Notes under the pieces: model-generated
The model's database searches: none
What the model was told of the DNA's origin: nothing
Seen by the model: the letters and a program-made list of their open reading frames with translations, nothing else
Program-made: the position numbers and the translations under genes
IMG/VR virus record: IMGVR_UViG_3300045988_037879
Location: 1-52,599 of that record
Strand: one strand, 5' to 3'
DNA length: 52,599 bases
DNA from: a virus
Shown: positions 6,338 through 16,846 of the stretch, one piece after another
How positions within the stretch are numbered: position 1 is the first letter of the stretch
How the letters are laid out: every line of letters starts with the position of its first letter

Positions 6338-9300
6338 TTAATTATATCGGTTAATGATTGTCCACCGTCCGGCATAGTAACGGAACATGATTGAATCACC
6401 CTTTGCCATGTCGATTGTCGAAACCGTTTCGCCATTCTGATTATACATTTGCCCCCCGGTTTGCGAAGTAAGAACAACGGTATTTGACATGAACGGGTCA
6501 CACACGATTTCCAAGTCAAATTGAATTGCGGCATTATCGGTCATTCGGTCAACCGTTGTTTTTGTCGGTAACTTCACACTCATTCGTCGTGACGTGCAAG
6601 ATGTGAAATAATATTTGTGAGTTTGACCAATCCATAATTCGATAATGTCAGTATAAACGCTACCAATGTAACCTTTTTCAAACATTGCGACCTTACCGAC
6701 ATTGAATTGATTTCCGAACACCGAAAGTGACTTCGGGCGATACCAATATTCATTTTGTTCATCGGCGGTCGTTTTGTGTTTGTGGTGAACTTCAAGTGCC
6801 GTTCCCATGTCACCCGTCAGTTCAAACAATCCGCAATAAGGATAGCCAAGTGAACCAAGGCAACCGACAAGAACCCTTTGGTCGCCGTTATAGAATCGAA
6901 TGAAATCACGCAACAATGCCAATCCGTGCGTCGTGTCTTGCTCCGACGATGAACCATAACCGATTCGCCCGGTTGAAATATTGAACCCGCCGATTGAGCC
7001 GGAAAGGGCATTTATAACACCCTCGACCGTTGCTTTGGTCATTACCACCGACCCGTCTTGCATTACTCGATAAGGCGCGGTTGCTCGGTTTTCAAAGGAT
7101 GCGCCCGCCCAAAAGCGGATTGATGATGCCGTCGTGCCTTGCCCGGTGATGCCCGCAAGGATGCTTTGATTGTCGCCCGCAACCTGAATTGTGCCGGACG
7201 TAACAATGCCGCCGTCAATGGTTGTTTTGGTGTTGTCGTAATATACGGCAACGACCCAATCGTTGGCATTGTAGGATTGCCCGGCGGCTTTCGCGGTGAT
7301 ACAACGGCGCAACTCTTTCCCGTCAACCCATAAGTCGCCGATGTCATAAGGGGGATAAGGGGTTGAAACAAAGACTTGACGTTTGCCGTCGGCGGTGTCT
7401 TGCGCCTTTGACGCTGCTTCATAAGCGGCAATGGCTTTTGCATCCTGAACAAGCGTCCACCCGTAGATTGGTGTTCTTACCCCGGTTTGTGGATGTGTGA
7501 AGTATGCGACAACACCGTAATACTTCAATTCGTGCGCCGTCGGCTTATACCACATATCGCCGGAATGTCGTTCTTTCAGTGCGGCGGTTGTCCACAATGT
7601 CGCCGGGTCGGATTCCTGAAACCATGTTTCAATCTTGCCGTCAATCTGATTTGTAAGATTGTTGATGGTATCATTATAATTGCCGTTGATAAAGTTATTC
7701 AACGCGGAATCATCGGTGTATTTTGAAGCCTTTTCCCAATCGCTTGAAGAAAATGCGCCGGATGCGCGGGCGGTCTTGCATCGGTAAATGTCGCCGCTTG
7801 CGCCCTGAACCCAAAGGTCGCCGACCGAATAAGGGGGATAAGGCGTTGACACGAAAATGCGGGCTTTGGAGTTCGCCGCGTCAAGGGCATCTTGCGCCAA
7901 TGACAAGGCTTGCGCCAATTCCGTATCTTCCAATTCTTTCCAATAGTAATAATCAGTCATTGACAACGCCGCGCCCGGACGCGGGCGCACTTTGCCTTTG
8001 ACATATCGCCAAACTTTGCCCGATTCGGTGTTATAAAACAAGTCGCCCAAGTGCTTTTCCCGTTCAGTGACACCACCGCTTGCGGCATCAGCTTCAACCC
8101 ATCCTTTTGCGGGTTCATTCGCCGTCGCGGTCGGGGCGGTGCTGTCCGGGGTCGGGTCAACCTCATAGAACCATTGTTCAATCACACCATCAAGTTGCGA
8201 TTGAAGCCCCGAAAGAAGCCCCGGCAAGGTGTTGTTGATGAAATCCTTGCTTTCAAGGGCTTCTTGCCCCAATTCTTCAAGGGTCTTTTCTTCTCCGTTG
8301 GAGTTGAACACGATGCGACCGCCGATTTCGGAATTGTCCAAATCGAAGTATGTTTCACCGTCGGCGGATTCGATGCGCCCGGTCTTGATGAACCGCCCGT
8401 TTATCATGGTGAATCCATAAGTCAGGGCGACGGAACGTGCCTTGATGTCAGGGTCAACGGAATTGATAACACCTATCCAAAACCAATAATAATTGGCATC
8501 CTCGTTGACCTTGTGTTGTGCGGTCGTGATTTGAATTGTGCCGTCTTGTCCGGCTTTGTTGCACCGGGCATAAATATAAAATGCTTGGGTGTCGGGGGTA
8601 AGGGTGATTTGACCGTCTGCAAGCACCCACGACACCGCCGATTCCTCGTTGATGGTGTAATGGGTCAGCACACCGCCTTTCCACCTGAAAATGCGCGGAT
8701 TTCCGTTATAATTCGGCTCAAACACCGTGTTTGTCAACCCGAATTGCATTGATTTCGCGCCGACGGATAATGCAAGCGTATCAATCGAATTGGGCTTGAT
8801 TTTGTCGGTGTAATAATCACCCTCCGGGTCGAAAACCATGTCAAGGACTTCACGACTTGACCGCCAATTTGCGCGGGCGCGGGCGGGGTCTTTAAGATTG
8901 TTGATTTCCAAAATCTTGTCAATGTCGATGATGTCGGAAATCACCCGGTTGGTGATGGTCGTTGTCACCGTGTCCGATATGGTCAAGTTATATTCGTAAG
9001 GGTCAAGGATGTTGCGCGTGATTGCCTTGATGCGAATTGCCTTGTCCACGTCAATGTCAGGGTCTTTAATAGGCACATAATCCCCCGGCACAAAGACGTT
9101 GACAATCCCGGCTTCCGTCGCAAAGTTCTTTTCGATGTAAGCCTTTGTGACGCTGACCGAATATTGCACTTTGGGTTGCGCGTTTTGGTCGTAATACTTT
9201 GTTCCGGCTTCCAAAAGTTCGGCTTCCGCCGCGCTTATCAGCTCCGGCGGCAAAGTGATGTCCACAATCTTATATTCATTTCCCGTGGCAAACTGAAACG

Positions 9301-10417
9301 CCGCCGACGTTTCGGACGGGAACACGTCGCCCCGGTCGTCGGTGAACTTGCGCAAGGTGATTTTGTGCGTCGCGTGGTCATACTTGGCAATTTCAAATTC
9401 ATATCCGGCAAGATTGCCCGTGTTGAAGTGAACCTTTGCGGCGACCCCATCAAGCAAATATTTGGTCGTTACCCCGTCGGCTTCCTTTGCGTTTAGGTCA
9501 AACGAAATGGTCGGGTCGATAAATTCAAGGACGGAATCGCCGACCGACTGAACGTGACCCGTAAATGTCGGCTTGATGTTGTCGAAGTGCTTGCGACCCT
9601 CAAAGATGCCATATTTCGCCACCGCTTCGGGCTTCTCAATGTAAGATTGCCCCTTTGTCTTGCCCGGCAAGCAAAGGCGGTCGGCGCGATATTTAGACGT
9701 GATATTGGACGCGCTGCCATAGACTTTAAGACGGGTCACGATGTTTGCAGATGAAACATTGTCGCGGCTCATCATGTAAAGCCCTTTGTTTTTGCCAAAT
9801 TCAAGTGTGAACGGCAAAGTCTGACTTGCCGAAAGGATGTTCAGGACGTAAACCGACCCGTCAACGGCAATATCGAAGAAAAGGGATTCGCCGAATTTGC
9901 CCATCAGGGATTGAAGCACCGAAAGGCAATTATCGGATTCGCCGAAAGTCAATGTGACATCGCTTGCGGTTTCAGGGCAAGAACCCAAACGCCATTTGCC
10001 GGGGAACACACGGTTTGCATTGGCAATAAGCACCGTCAGGAATCGGTGTAAATCGCCCGTCAGGGAATCGCCTTGAACGTCTTGCAAGTTGTTGTTGGTC
10101 GTGTCGATGGTCACGTCATAGGTTGCCCGCAAAAGGTCATATTGCACACCCTCGAATTGCAATGTATATTGAAATTCGTGCATCCCGGTTTTCTTCGGCT
10201 TTGACAAGCGGTTAAGGGTGTAATCACGCCCGAAAACGCTTATCTTGTCGCCGATGTCGTAGGTCTGCGGGAACGGTGATTCAACGGTGATGTCAACGGT
10301 ATCATCGCCGTTCAATGCCCAATTCTGCCGGGCGGACGTGACGGCGGTTGCCGTGCGCCGCGATTGAAGCGGCACACGGTTTCCGTTCCGTTTTGTAATG
10401 ATTAAATTTTCTCCCAT
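6338..10417 (-). CDS. Large tail tip / host-specificity protein (Tal-like, 1359 aa)
   Basis: Its size and its position after the TMP and Dit-like genes support the call. It contains an internal tandem module with FVSTPYPPY..GDLWV twice. Confidence 0.7.
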   Translation of the reverse strand: MGENLIITKRNGNRVPLQSRRTATAVTSARQNWALNGDDTVDITVESPFPQTYDIGDKISVFGRDYTLNRLSKPKKTGMHEFQYTLQFEGVQYDLLRATYDVTIDTTNNNLQDVQGDSLTGDLHRFLTVLIANANRVFPGKWRLGSCPETASDVTLTFGESDNCLSVLQSLMGKFGESLFFDIAVDGSVYVLNILSASQTLPFTLEFGKNKGLYMMSRDNVSSANIVTRLKVYGSASNITSKYRADRLCLPGKTKGQSYIEKPEAVAKYGIFEGRKHFDNIKPTFTGHVQSVGDSVLEFIDPTISFDLNAKEADGVTTKYLLDGVAAKVHFNTGNLAGYEFEIAKYDHATHKITLRKFTDDRGDVFPSETSAAFQFATGNEYKIVDITLPPELISAAEAELLEAGTKYYDQNAQPKVQYSVSVTKAYIEKNFATEAGIVNVFVPGDYVPIKDPDIDVDKAIRIKAITRNILDPYEYNLTISDTVTTTITNRVISDIIDIDKILEINNLKDPARARANWRSSREVLDMVFDPEGDYYTDKIKPNSIDTLALSVGAKSMQFGLTNTVFEPNYNGNPRIFRWKGGVLTHYTINEESAVSWVLADGQITLTPDTQAFYIYARCNKAGQDGTIQITTAQHKVNEDANYYWFWIGVINSVDPDIKARSVALTYGFTMINGRFIKTGRIESADGETYFDLDNSEIGGRIVFNSNGEEKTLEELGQEALESKDFINNTLPGLLSGLQSQLDGVIEQWFYEVDPTPDSTAPTATANEPAKGWVEADAASGGVTEREKHLGDLFYNTESGKVWRYVKGKVRPRPGAALSMTDYYYWKELEDTELAQALSLAQDALDAANSKARIFVSTPYPPYSVGDLWVQGASGDIYRCKTARASGAFSSSDWEKASKYTDDSALNNFINGNYNDTINNLTNQIDGKIETWFQESDPATLWTTAALKERHSGDMWYKPTAHELKYYGVVAYFTHPQTGVRTPIYGWTLVQDAKAIAAYEAASKAQDTADGKRQVFVSTPYPPYDIGDLWVDGKELRRCITAKAAGQSYNANDWVVAVYYDNTKTTIDGGIVTSGTIQVAGDNQSILAGITGQGTTASSIRFWAGASFENRATAPYRVMQDGSVVMTKATVEGVINALSGSIGGFNISTGRIGYGSSSEQDTTHGLALLRDFIRFYNGDQRVLVGCLGSLGYPYCGLFELTGDMGTALEVHHKHKTTADEQNEYWYRPKSLSVFGNQFNVGKVAMFEKGYIGSVYTDIIELWIGQTHKYYFTSCTSRRMSVKLPTKTTVDRMTDNAAIQFDLEIVCDPFMSNTVVLTSQTGGQMYNQNGETVSTIDMAKGDSIMFRYYAGRWTIINRYN

Positions 10418-11607
10418 ACGACAATCGCGTTGGTTTCAAATTTTGTGATTTCGTCGATGCAACCCGTCACCACGGGGAAATAATCGCCGTTGGCGACGTA
10501 ATCATGTGTTATCACTTTGTCAGTGCCGGACACGTCATAATCAACCGTGCCGTCGCCCCAATAGATGTTCACATATTTGCGGGTAGTGATGGTGATTGTG
10601 CAAGTCTTGGTTGATTCGCCGACGCGGATGTGCTTCAACACACGCTTGACGGGTTCGGGTTCAATCAACTTCAACTTGAATGTGCCGACCATAAGTTGGT
10701 CGTTCCATTCTTTGGTGATTTCGATTGCATCCTTGCAATAAACCTCGTAGATAAGGGGTTTGACCGGGTGAACGTCGATGACAAGACGTTGTGTGCCTTG
10801 CTTGTCGAATTGGCGTTCAAAGGCGGAAAGTTCTGTGATGAAGTCGATTTTTGAAGCTGCCTTTTTGAAGCAAGACAAGGTGATTTCGCGGGGTTCATAG
10901 AACTTGTGCATCAGGTCAACCGCTTCACCGTGGTAATTATCCCATGAAACGGATGCCGGGGTTTTGAGTTTCGGGCGATTCAAGATACCATCCGACCCCG
11001 ACACAAACACGTTGAATGTCTTGAAGTCGATGCCATCAACAAGATATGCAATAACTTTGACGCTTGCGACTTCATCCATCAGGTCGGTTTGCGAAAGGGC
11101 GACATTGAAAATCTTGACATCATCAAGAAGTCCGAATCCGTAGTCACCCGAATAGCAATCTTGGTTCAGGGAAATGCCCGTGGGTGTTCCGGCTTTGCTT
11201 ACGGACTTGATGCGTGTTGAGTTCACATAGAAGTCGTAAACAGTGCCGTGCTTGACAAGGGCGACGGAAAACCACGACCCCGGCTTTGCTTCAAACGAAA
11301 ATTCGATGAAGTTTTCAAGCCCGGCAAAGTTGATAAGCCATATCAGGTTCGACGGCGACCCGGCTTCACGCTTTCCGGGCTGAACCCATGCAAGAATTGT
11401 GAAGTCCACCCCCAAATTAGGTAAAATGGATTTCGACACCTCGCAAGTATCATCCCCGGCAAAGGAAATTGCATTGCCGTTCTTTCCGGCGACAAAGTGC
11501 GCCCCATCCACCACGCCGTCGGCGCGGTTTGGTGAATAGTCGTAAGCGGTTGTCGCTCCGTCCGATTCATCAAAGGGCATTTGAAAGATGCTGTTTTCGG
11601 TGTTCAT
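10402..11607 (-). CDS. Distal tail protein-like with N-terminal LamG/concanavalin-like domain
   Basis: Its position follows the TMP. The N-terminus has a pattern typical of LamG jelly-roll domains (...GKNGNAISFAGDD...FTILAWVQP...). Confidence 0.55.
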   Translation of the reverse strand: MNTENSIFQMPFDESDGATTAYDYSPNRADGVVDGAHFVAGKNGNAISFAGDDTCEVSKSILPNLGVDFTILAWVQPGKREAGSPSNLIWLINFAGLENFIEFSFEAKPGSWFSVALVKHGTVYDFYVNSTRIKSVSKAGTPTGISLNQDCYSGDYGFGLLDDVKIFNVALSQTDLMDEVASVKVIAYLVDGIDFKTFNVFVSGSDGILNRPKLKTPASVSWDNYHGEAVDLMHKFYEPREITLSCFKKAASKIDFITELSAFERQFDKQGTQRLVIDVHPVKPLIYEVYCKDAIEITKEWNDQLMVGTFKLKLIEPEPVKRVLKHIRVGESTKTCTITITTRKYVNIYWGDGTVDYDVSGTDKVITHDYVANGDYFPVVTGCIDEITKFETNAIVVWEKI

Positions 11608-11609
11608 TC

Positions 11610-12134
11610 TTAATATGTTTTTGAGTTTTTAACCCGGATTTTCACTTGTGCTTCGGCGGATTCTTCAACGATGTTGACCCGTCCGCCGTCGCCATATTTG
11701 TTCACACACACTTTTGCCCGGTCGTGCGCGTGGATGTTGACAACTGCATCGTCGAAAACATCAATCATCACAAAGGCATTGTCGGCGGCAAGCACGTTCA
11801 ATTCCGATTGATGTTTGGCGAATATTTCCGACACGTTGAATGTGTCGGTCTTGATGATGCCGAAAGTTGCCCCAAGACACACGCATTTGGGGCTATTTTC
11901 GACGCTGATTTCACAATCGACGAACACACCCATTTGTGGGGCGATGTCGCCGAAATGCGCTTTTATGAAGTCGTTTGCCGGATAATCGTTTTTCAAGCAA
12001 AAGTCGATGCCGCGCAAATACATTTCGACCATCGCTTTTCGGTCGTTCAACGACTTCAAGGCGGTGTGCCATTCCTTGCAAATGCCTTTTCGCTTTGCTT
12101 CTTTGGCAAGCGTTTTTGAAAGTCCTTTTTCCAT
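11610..12134 (-). CDS. Hypothetical protein (174 aa) between the TMP and the distal tail protein
   Basis: ORF packed tightly in the tail operon. Confidence 0.5.
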   Translation of the reverse strand: MEKGLSKTLAKEAKRKGICKEWHTALKSLNDRKAMVEMYLRGIDFCLKNDYPANDFIKAHFGDIAPQMGVFVDCEISVENSPKCVCLGATFGIIKTDTFNVSEIFAKHQSELNVLAADNAFVMIDVFDDAVVNIHAHDRAKVCVNKYGDGGRVNIVEESAEAQVKIRVKNSKTY

Positions 12135-12154
12135 TTCTTTTTAAGGCTTTTATT

Positions 12155-15100
12155 TTATGCCACCAACCCTTGCGACCTCAAAGAATCGCCGCCGTTGGCT
12201 TCAAGTATTGTGATGATTTGGTCGATTTTCGCAAGATGCTTGTTGAATGCGGTATTGGCGGCAATCGTGTTGAGGACAAGAAGTTGTTGACGCAAAATGT
12301 CCTTGCATTCAAGTTGATTGATGCGCACGGCATTCATTTGCCCGGCGACAAGTGACGCGGTTTCCTCGGAAACACCTTTGACCGCCCCAGTCAAAGACGT
12401 GTCGGCATCTTCTTCATCGGTAAGGTCTTTGAACAAGTCCGAATAAATGCCTAACGCCTGATTGAAGTTATTGGCGGCGGCTTGAACCTTTTGTTTGAAT
12501 GCGGCAATCTCCGCATCGGTCAGTCCGTCGAAAACGAAATCATCGCCGTTCCAATAACCCATCGAATTGGTCAGGTTGTCAAGTGCGCCTTGAAGCTGCT
12601 GTTCAAGAAACTTTTTCTTCAACTGATTCACGATGGCATTCTTCAAAACCTCGTTGACGGTATCTTCAAAGGCTTTCGCGGCGGATTCGCCTTTTTCAAA
12701 AGCCCCGACAAGATTTTCAGCAAGTGAAGAAGAAAAGTCCTTTGCGTTGGTCTGCACAAGGTCATTGGCGATTTCATCAAGCATATCTTGGATGGAACGG
12801 GAAAGTTCGGCAATCTGCTCTTGATATTCCCGGATTTTGCCATCATCGGTGTGCTTCTTGCTCCGTTCATCGTTAATCATGCCGTAAAGATGTGCTTGTT
12901 GCTGCTGCATATTACGGATGGCGGCTTTCTGATTTTTGTAAACTTCACCGCCCAAAGCCTTGTTGATTTGCCATTCAAGTTGTTTGTAAGCGTTGGCAAG
13001 GATGTCGATTTGTTCCTTGTGCTTCTTGATTGACTTTTCGGCTTTGCGGTCACGGGAATTGAACAAGTCGAATGCCGACGATAAAAGGGAAATCGACCCT
13101 TGAATCACGGCAAGGGGGTTGCCGGACGCAATGCCCTCGGCGGCTTGTGACGCTCCCGAAAGAATGCCGCCGATGTCGCCAAGAATCGCGGACGTTTCTT
13201 CATCCATCGCAATGCCCATCTTTTCCATGCCCTGAACGACCGAATCGAATGTACCGGAAACAAGGCTCAAAGTTGAGCCGACATTAGAAAACACATCTTT
13301 CAACGCATCTTTCATCATGTCGCCCGCCGACTTGCCGGATTCTACCTTGCGAATAAGTGCGTCGATAACTTGCATCGAATTGCCGACTTCAACGCCCATG
13401 TCGATTTTGCCTTGCAATTCACGCTTCTTGCCTTTCAGGTAGTCAAGATATGTGCCGCCCTGCGAAAGAAGCCCAGCAAAGGCATCTTGCGACCCTTGCA
13501 CAAGGTCTTTATTGCCAGACTGAATCCACCTTTGATAAAGTTTATATTCATCTTCTTTGGCTTTGAGTTCCGCCAAGAACGGGTCATTGTCATTCGACAA
13601 TAACTTGTTGTCGGACATTTGACGGCGCAATTCCGAAAAGGCGTTGGAAAGTGCCTTGAACGGGTTGCGCTTCTCGATTTCGCCACGCGCTTTTTCAAGT
13701 TGCTCATTGATGGCTTGCAAGTCGGCGGGGTTGAAGTCGCCGGAAAACTGAATCTTTTGTTCCTCGATGTTCTTAATAAGACGCTCGATTGTGGATGTGG
13801 TCAAGCCCTCTAAATTGCCGAAAAGAAGTTGCCAATCGGCGGATTGGGTCAATATCTCATTCGACAACTTGGAAAGTTCTTCTTGCTCTGCATTTGCGAT
13901 GCGGGCAAGCATCTCTTGGTCGCCATGTTCACGGGCAAGGCGGCGTTCTTCATCATACTTTTTGGCGATGTCGGCGCGTTTCTGCTCATACCCTGTGTAT
14001 TGTTCAACCAATCTATCATAATCGGCATCGCCCGTTCCCTCGGTGTCCTTTGTGTATTGACGGCGACGGTTGGCAATAGCGGCATCAATGCTTGCGCGGT
14101 CTGCATCCGTTGTGGCGGCATTGCGGGCGCGTGTAAGCATTTCAATGTCCTTGTTGAATTGTTCTTCAATCGCCCGGCGTTTGTCGGTGTAAGACGCATA
14201 TTCTTCAAGTAATGCTTCGGTCTGCTCCTTTGCCTGCTTGCGGGCATCCTTTTCGGCATCATCCAAGATTTCCTTTTTGCCCGTGTCAAGTTCCGTGCCG
14301 TCGTTGGCAAGTTCTTGGCGGCGACGCTCGATGATATTCAACATTTCAATCACCGATTTGGCATTGGTCAGTTGCTCGGACAATTCTTGATTGAATTGTT
14401 CAAGGACGGTGCGTTTCGTTTCTTCGGCGATTTGGTCGTTCAGGGTGCGCAACTGCTTGTTCTGCTCCTTTGTGCGGGCGGCAACATCGACTTCCAAGAT
14501 TTGGTCGCGCTGCTTCTTCAAATAGTCGATATAGGTTGCGCCTTGCGCAAGCAATCCGGCAAATTCCTGATTGGCGGATGCGATAAGGACTTCATCGCCG
14601 GAATTTACCCACTTCAAAAAGCGTTGATACTCAGTTTTGCGCTTCTGCAACTTCTCCAAGAACGGGTCGGTCTTGGCGGCTGAACCACCGCCGCCCCCGC
14701 CGCCGGAAACCTTGAATTGGTTGGTCTTGTTCCCGGTGATTTTGTTGGCTTGCTCTTGAAGTTCGGCAAGTTCGGCAAGTGCGTTTTTATATGCCGTGTT
14801 GTCGGTCAGGTTCTTCAAGGCGGCTTGCTTCAATGAAATCGCTTGTTCAATCGCGCCCAAAGACCCCTCGGCATACTGCTGGGTGCTTTCAATGCTTGCT
14901 TCTTGAAGTGTGTTGAACCCTGCTTGCTCGTGGCTGCGGGCTTGTGCAAAAAGGCTGTCAGATTCCGCCAATAATGCTTTATATTCTTCGTTTTTTTCTT
15001 TCCACGGGGAATACCAACCTTTTAAGCCCAACTTGGTAACGGTTTGACTTTCCCGGTCACGCTCGGCAAGTTTAAGCATCGCTTCTTTTTGCTTTTCCAT

Positions 15101-16612
15101 TGCCATTTGCACATAAACCATCGCTTTTGCCTTTTCGATTTGCGCGGTAATGAAAGCATCCTTGTTAGCGACAAGCAAGTTTTCGGCATCGGTCACACCG
15201 TTAATCGACACGCCAAGTTCATCAAACTTTTGGCGGTTTTCTTCGATGAACTTCTTTTTGGTTTCCAAATTGTCACCTAATTCAACCCACCGCGCCGACA
15301 AATCTTTGATTGTGCCGATGGGCTTGTAACAATTTTCAACCATTGATTTTGAAAATTCTTCTTGTGCCTTTTTCGCTTCGGATGCCTTGCTTGAAAAGTG
15401 AGAATATAAACCAATAAGGGCGGATATTCCGGCAAGAATCCACCCGAACACGGGAATTGACTTAATCGCCGCGCCGACCATACGGAATGCCCCGGCAAGA
15501 CCGATGTTCGCCACTGTTCCGGCTTTCGCGGCGACAGCTTGCGCCCCGGTCGCGGCGGTGTTCGCCGCCTGAACCCCGGTGTTCGCGGTTGTCGCGGCGG
15601 TCGCTTTACCACGGGCGGCGGCATTCGCCTGATTTGCTGCCGCGCTCGCTTCTTCGGCAAGGGTGTTCGCCCCGGTCGCCGCTGCGTTTTCAGCTTGGGC
15701 GGCGGTGTTTGCCTGAATCGTGGTGGTTTCGGCGGCTTCGGCATTGCGCCCGACTTCCAAAAGACCGTTCCACCATTCTTTTAGACGGCCGACCGTGCCA
15801 AGCATGAATGCCGAATCCTTGTTGAGTGCTTGCGACACTTGCATCAAACCATTTGTCACCGCCATAATCGACTGCGTTTTCAACATGATTTGTTGTAGAT
15901 TCTCGCTTTCGCTTCCGAATAGTCCGACCATGCCCGCAACGGCGGAAAAACCGCCTGTCAATCCCGTTAGACCCGACATGACACCCGCGAATCCGGCATC
16001 ATCGTTGGCAAGGATATTGGCTTGCGCTTGTGCATCGCCCCACGCATCAGTCAACCGGGCGACTTCGGCTTGCACTTCTCGATAACGTGCGGTTTGTCGT
16101 TGTCCGGCGGCTTCAAGTTCCACCAATTCCATTTTAAGTTCACGCAACCGGGTGCGCAAAGACACTTGGGATTTGGCGTTTTCGTTTGTTGCCTTTTGTT
16201 CGGCAAGCATAGCATCACGGGCGGAATCAAGTTCGTTTGACTGATTCCGCAATTCACTCAAAAGTTGCTTGCGCACGGTGATTTCGCCTTGTATTGCCTT
16301 TTGCTTGTCTTTTAAGGCTTTATATTCGGCTGAAAAACCGTTTTTCTCCCATTCTTGGGATGCAAGTTGTTTCAGGGATTCAAATTCATCTTCAAGTTTC
16401 CAAATCGCCGTTTCCTGCTTTTCGCATTCCGCGCCGATTTTCCCCAACATCGTGCCAATGTCGGCAACGGTCTTGTCCACGGTATCACCGACACCAACAA
16501 AGCCGTCGGACATACCTTGAACACGCCGCAATGTTTCCTGAATCGCTGATTCAAGTTGGGAATTGTCCATGTCGGACACAAAGGACAATCCGCCGCCGTC
16601 AATATCTGCCAT
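12155..16612 (-). CDS. Tape measure protein (1485 aa)
   Basis: Very long coiled-coil, Ala/Gln/Glu-rich ORF after the G/T chaperone pair. It has hydrophobic glycine-rich segments and an internal ~60-aa duplication. Confidence 0.9.
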   Translation of the reverse strand: MADIDGGGLSFVSDMDNSQLESAIQETLRRVQGMSDGFVGVGDTVDKTVADIGTMLGKIGAECEKQETAIWKLEDEFESLKQLASQEWEKNGFSAEYKALKDKQKAIQGEITVRKQLLSELRNQSNELDSARDAMLAEQKATNENAKSQVSLRTRLRELKMELVELEAAGQRQTARYREVQAEVARLTDAWGDAQAQANILANDDAGFAGVMSGLTGLTGGFSAVAGMVGLFGSESENLQQIMLKTQSIMAVTNGLMQVSQALNKDSAFMLGTVGRLKEWWNGLLEVGRNAEAAETTTIQANTAAQAENAAATGANTLAEEASAAANQANAAARGKATAATTANTGVQAANTAATGAQAVAAKAGTVANIGLAGAFRMVGAAIKSIPVFGWILAGISALIGLYSHFSSKASEAKKAQEEFSKSMVENCYKPIGTIKDLSARWVELGDNLETKKKFIEENRQKFDELGVSINGVTDAENLLVANKDAFITAQIEKAKAMVYVQMAMEKQKEAMLKLAERDRESQTVTKLGLKGWYSPWKEKNEEYKALLAESDSLFAQARSHEQAGFNTLQEASIESTQQYAEGSLGAIEQAISLKQAALKNLTDNTAYKNALAELAELQEQANKITGNKTNQFKVSGGGGGGGSAAKTDPFLEKLQKRKTEYQRFLKWVNSGDEVLIASANQEFAGLLAQGATYIDYLKKQRDQILEVDVAARTKEQNKQLRTLNDQIAEETKRTVLEQFNQELSEQLTNAKSVIEMLNIIERRRQELANDGTELDTGKKEILDDAEKDARKQAKEQTEALLEEYASYTDKRRAIEEQFNKDIEMLTRARNAATTDADRASIDAAIANRRRQYTKDTEGTGDADYDRLVEQYTGYEQKRADIAKKYDEERRLAREHGDQEMLARIANAEQEELSKLSNEILTQSADWQLLFGNLEGLTTSTIERLIKNIEEQKIQFSGDFNPADLQAINEQLEKARGEIEKRNPFKALSNAFSELRRQMSDNKLLSNDNDPFLAELKAKEDEYKLYQRWIQSGNKDLVQGSQDAFAGLLSQGGTYLDYLKGKKRELQGKIDMGVEVGNSMQVIDALIRKVESGKSAGDMMKDALKDVFSNVGSTLSLVSGTFDSVVQGMEKMGIAMDEETSAILGDIGGILSGASQAAEGIASGNPLAVIQGSISLLSSAFDLFNSRDRKAEKSIKKHKEQIDILANAYKQLEWQINKALGGEVYKNQKAAIRNMQQQQAHLYGMINDERSKKHTDDGKIREYQEQIAELSRSIQDMLDEIANDLVQTNAKDFSSSLAENLVGAFEKGESAAKAFEDTVNEVLKNAIVNQLKKKFLEQQLQGALDNLTNSMGYWNGDDFVFDGLTDAEIAAFKQKVQAAANNFNQALGIYSDLFKDLTDEEDADTSLTGAVKGVSEETASLVAGQMNAVRINQLECKDILRQQLLVLNTIAANTAFNKHLAKIDQIITILEANGGDSLRSQGLVA

Positions 16613-16613
16613 G

Positions 16614-16846
16614 TTACATCAGTGAGTTAACATAATTCAATACTTGTTCTTGGTTGCTCTCGGTAAGGGTGATTTGCTGAACATTCGGGTCGGAATCGGT
16701 GTCATAACTCGGTGCATCAATCATCATCCTTTCGACAAGCCCCCATGCAACGCCGTTAACCAAGTAGTCGTAAGTCCACCCGAAGTGCGCACACAACGCA
16801 CCCCGGCGACCGTGCGGGCTATTTAGACCACGTTGTTTTCCTCTAT
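16614..16846 (-). CDS. gpT-like extension, reached by a putative -1 frameshift from the chaperone ORF
   Basis: ORF 16614-17045 overlaps the 3' end of the chaperone in the -1 frame and ends 2 nt before the TMP start. The candidate slip region is GGAAAAC at about 16836-16842. Confidence 0.4.

Noticed and set aside
8051-8752. Long antisense ORFs inside large genes (8051-8752, 27772-28716, 38484-39260, 35615-36232, 51594-52340, 46255-46896)
   Set aside because: Each is fully contained antisense to a gene with clear motifs (tail protein, MuF, C5 MTase, MazG-like, integrase, ATPase). They have no independent start context and no recognisable motifs.
15277-15744. 155-aa Pro/Arg-rich ORF and other long alternative-frame ORFs inside the tape measure gene (for example 15487-15807, 15539-15784)
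   Set aside because: They lie wholly inside the 1485-aa TMP ORF in other frames. Their low-complexity composition is what a GC-rich Ala/Gly-coding stretch produces when read off-frame.
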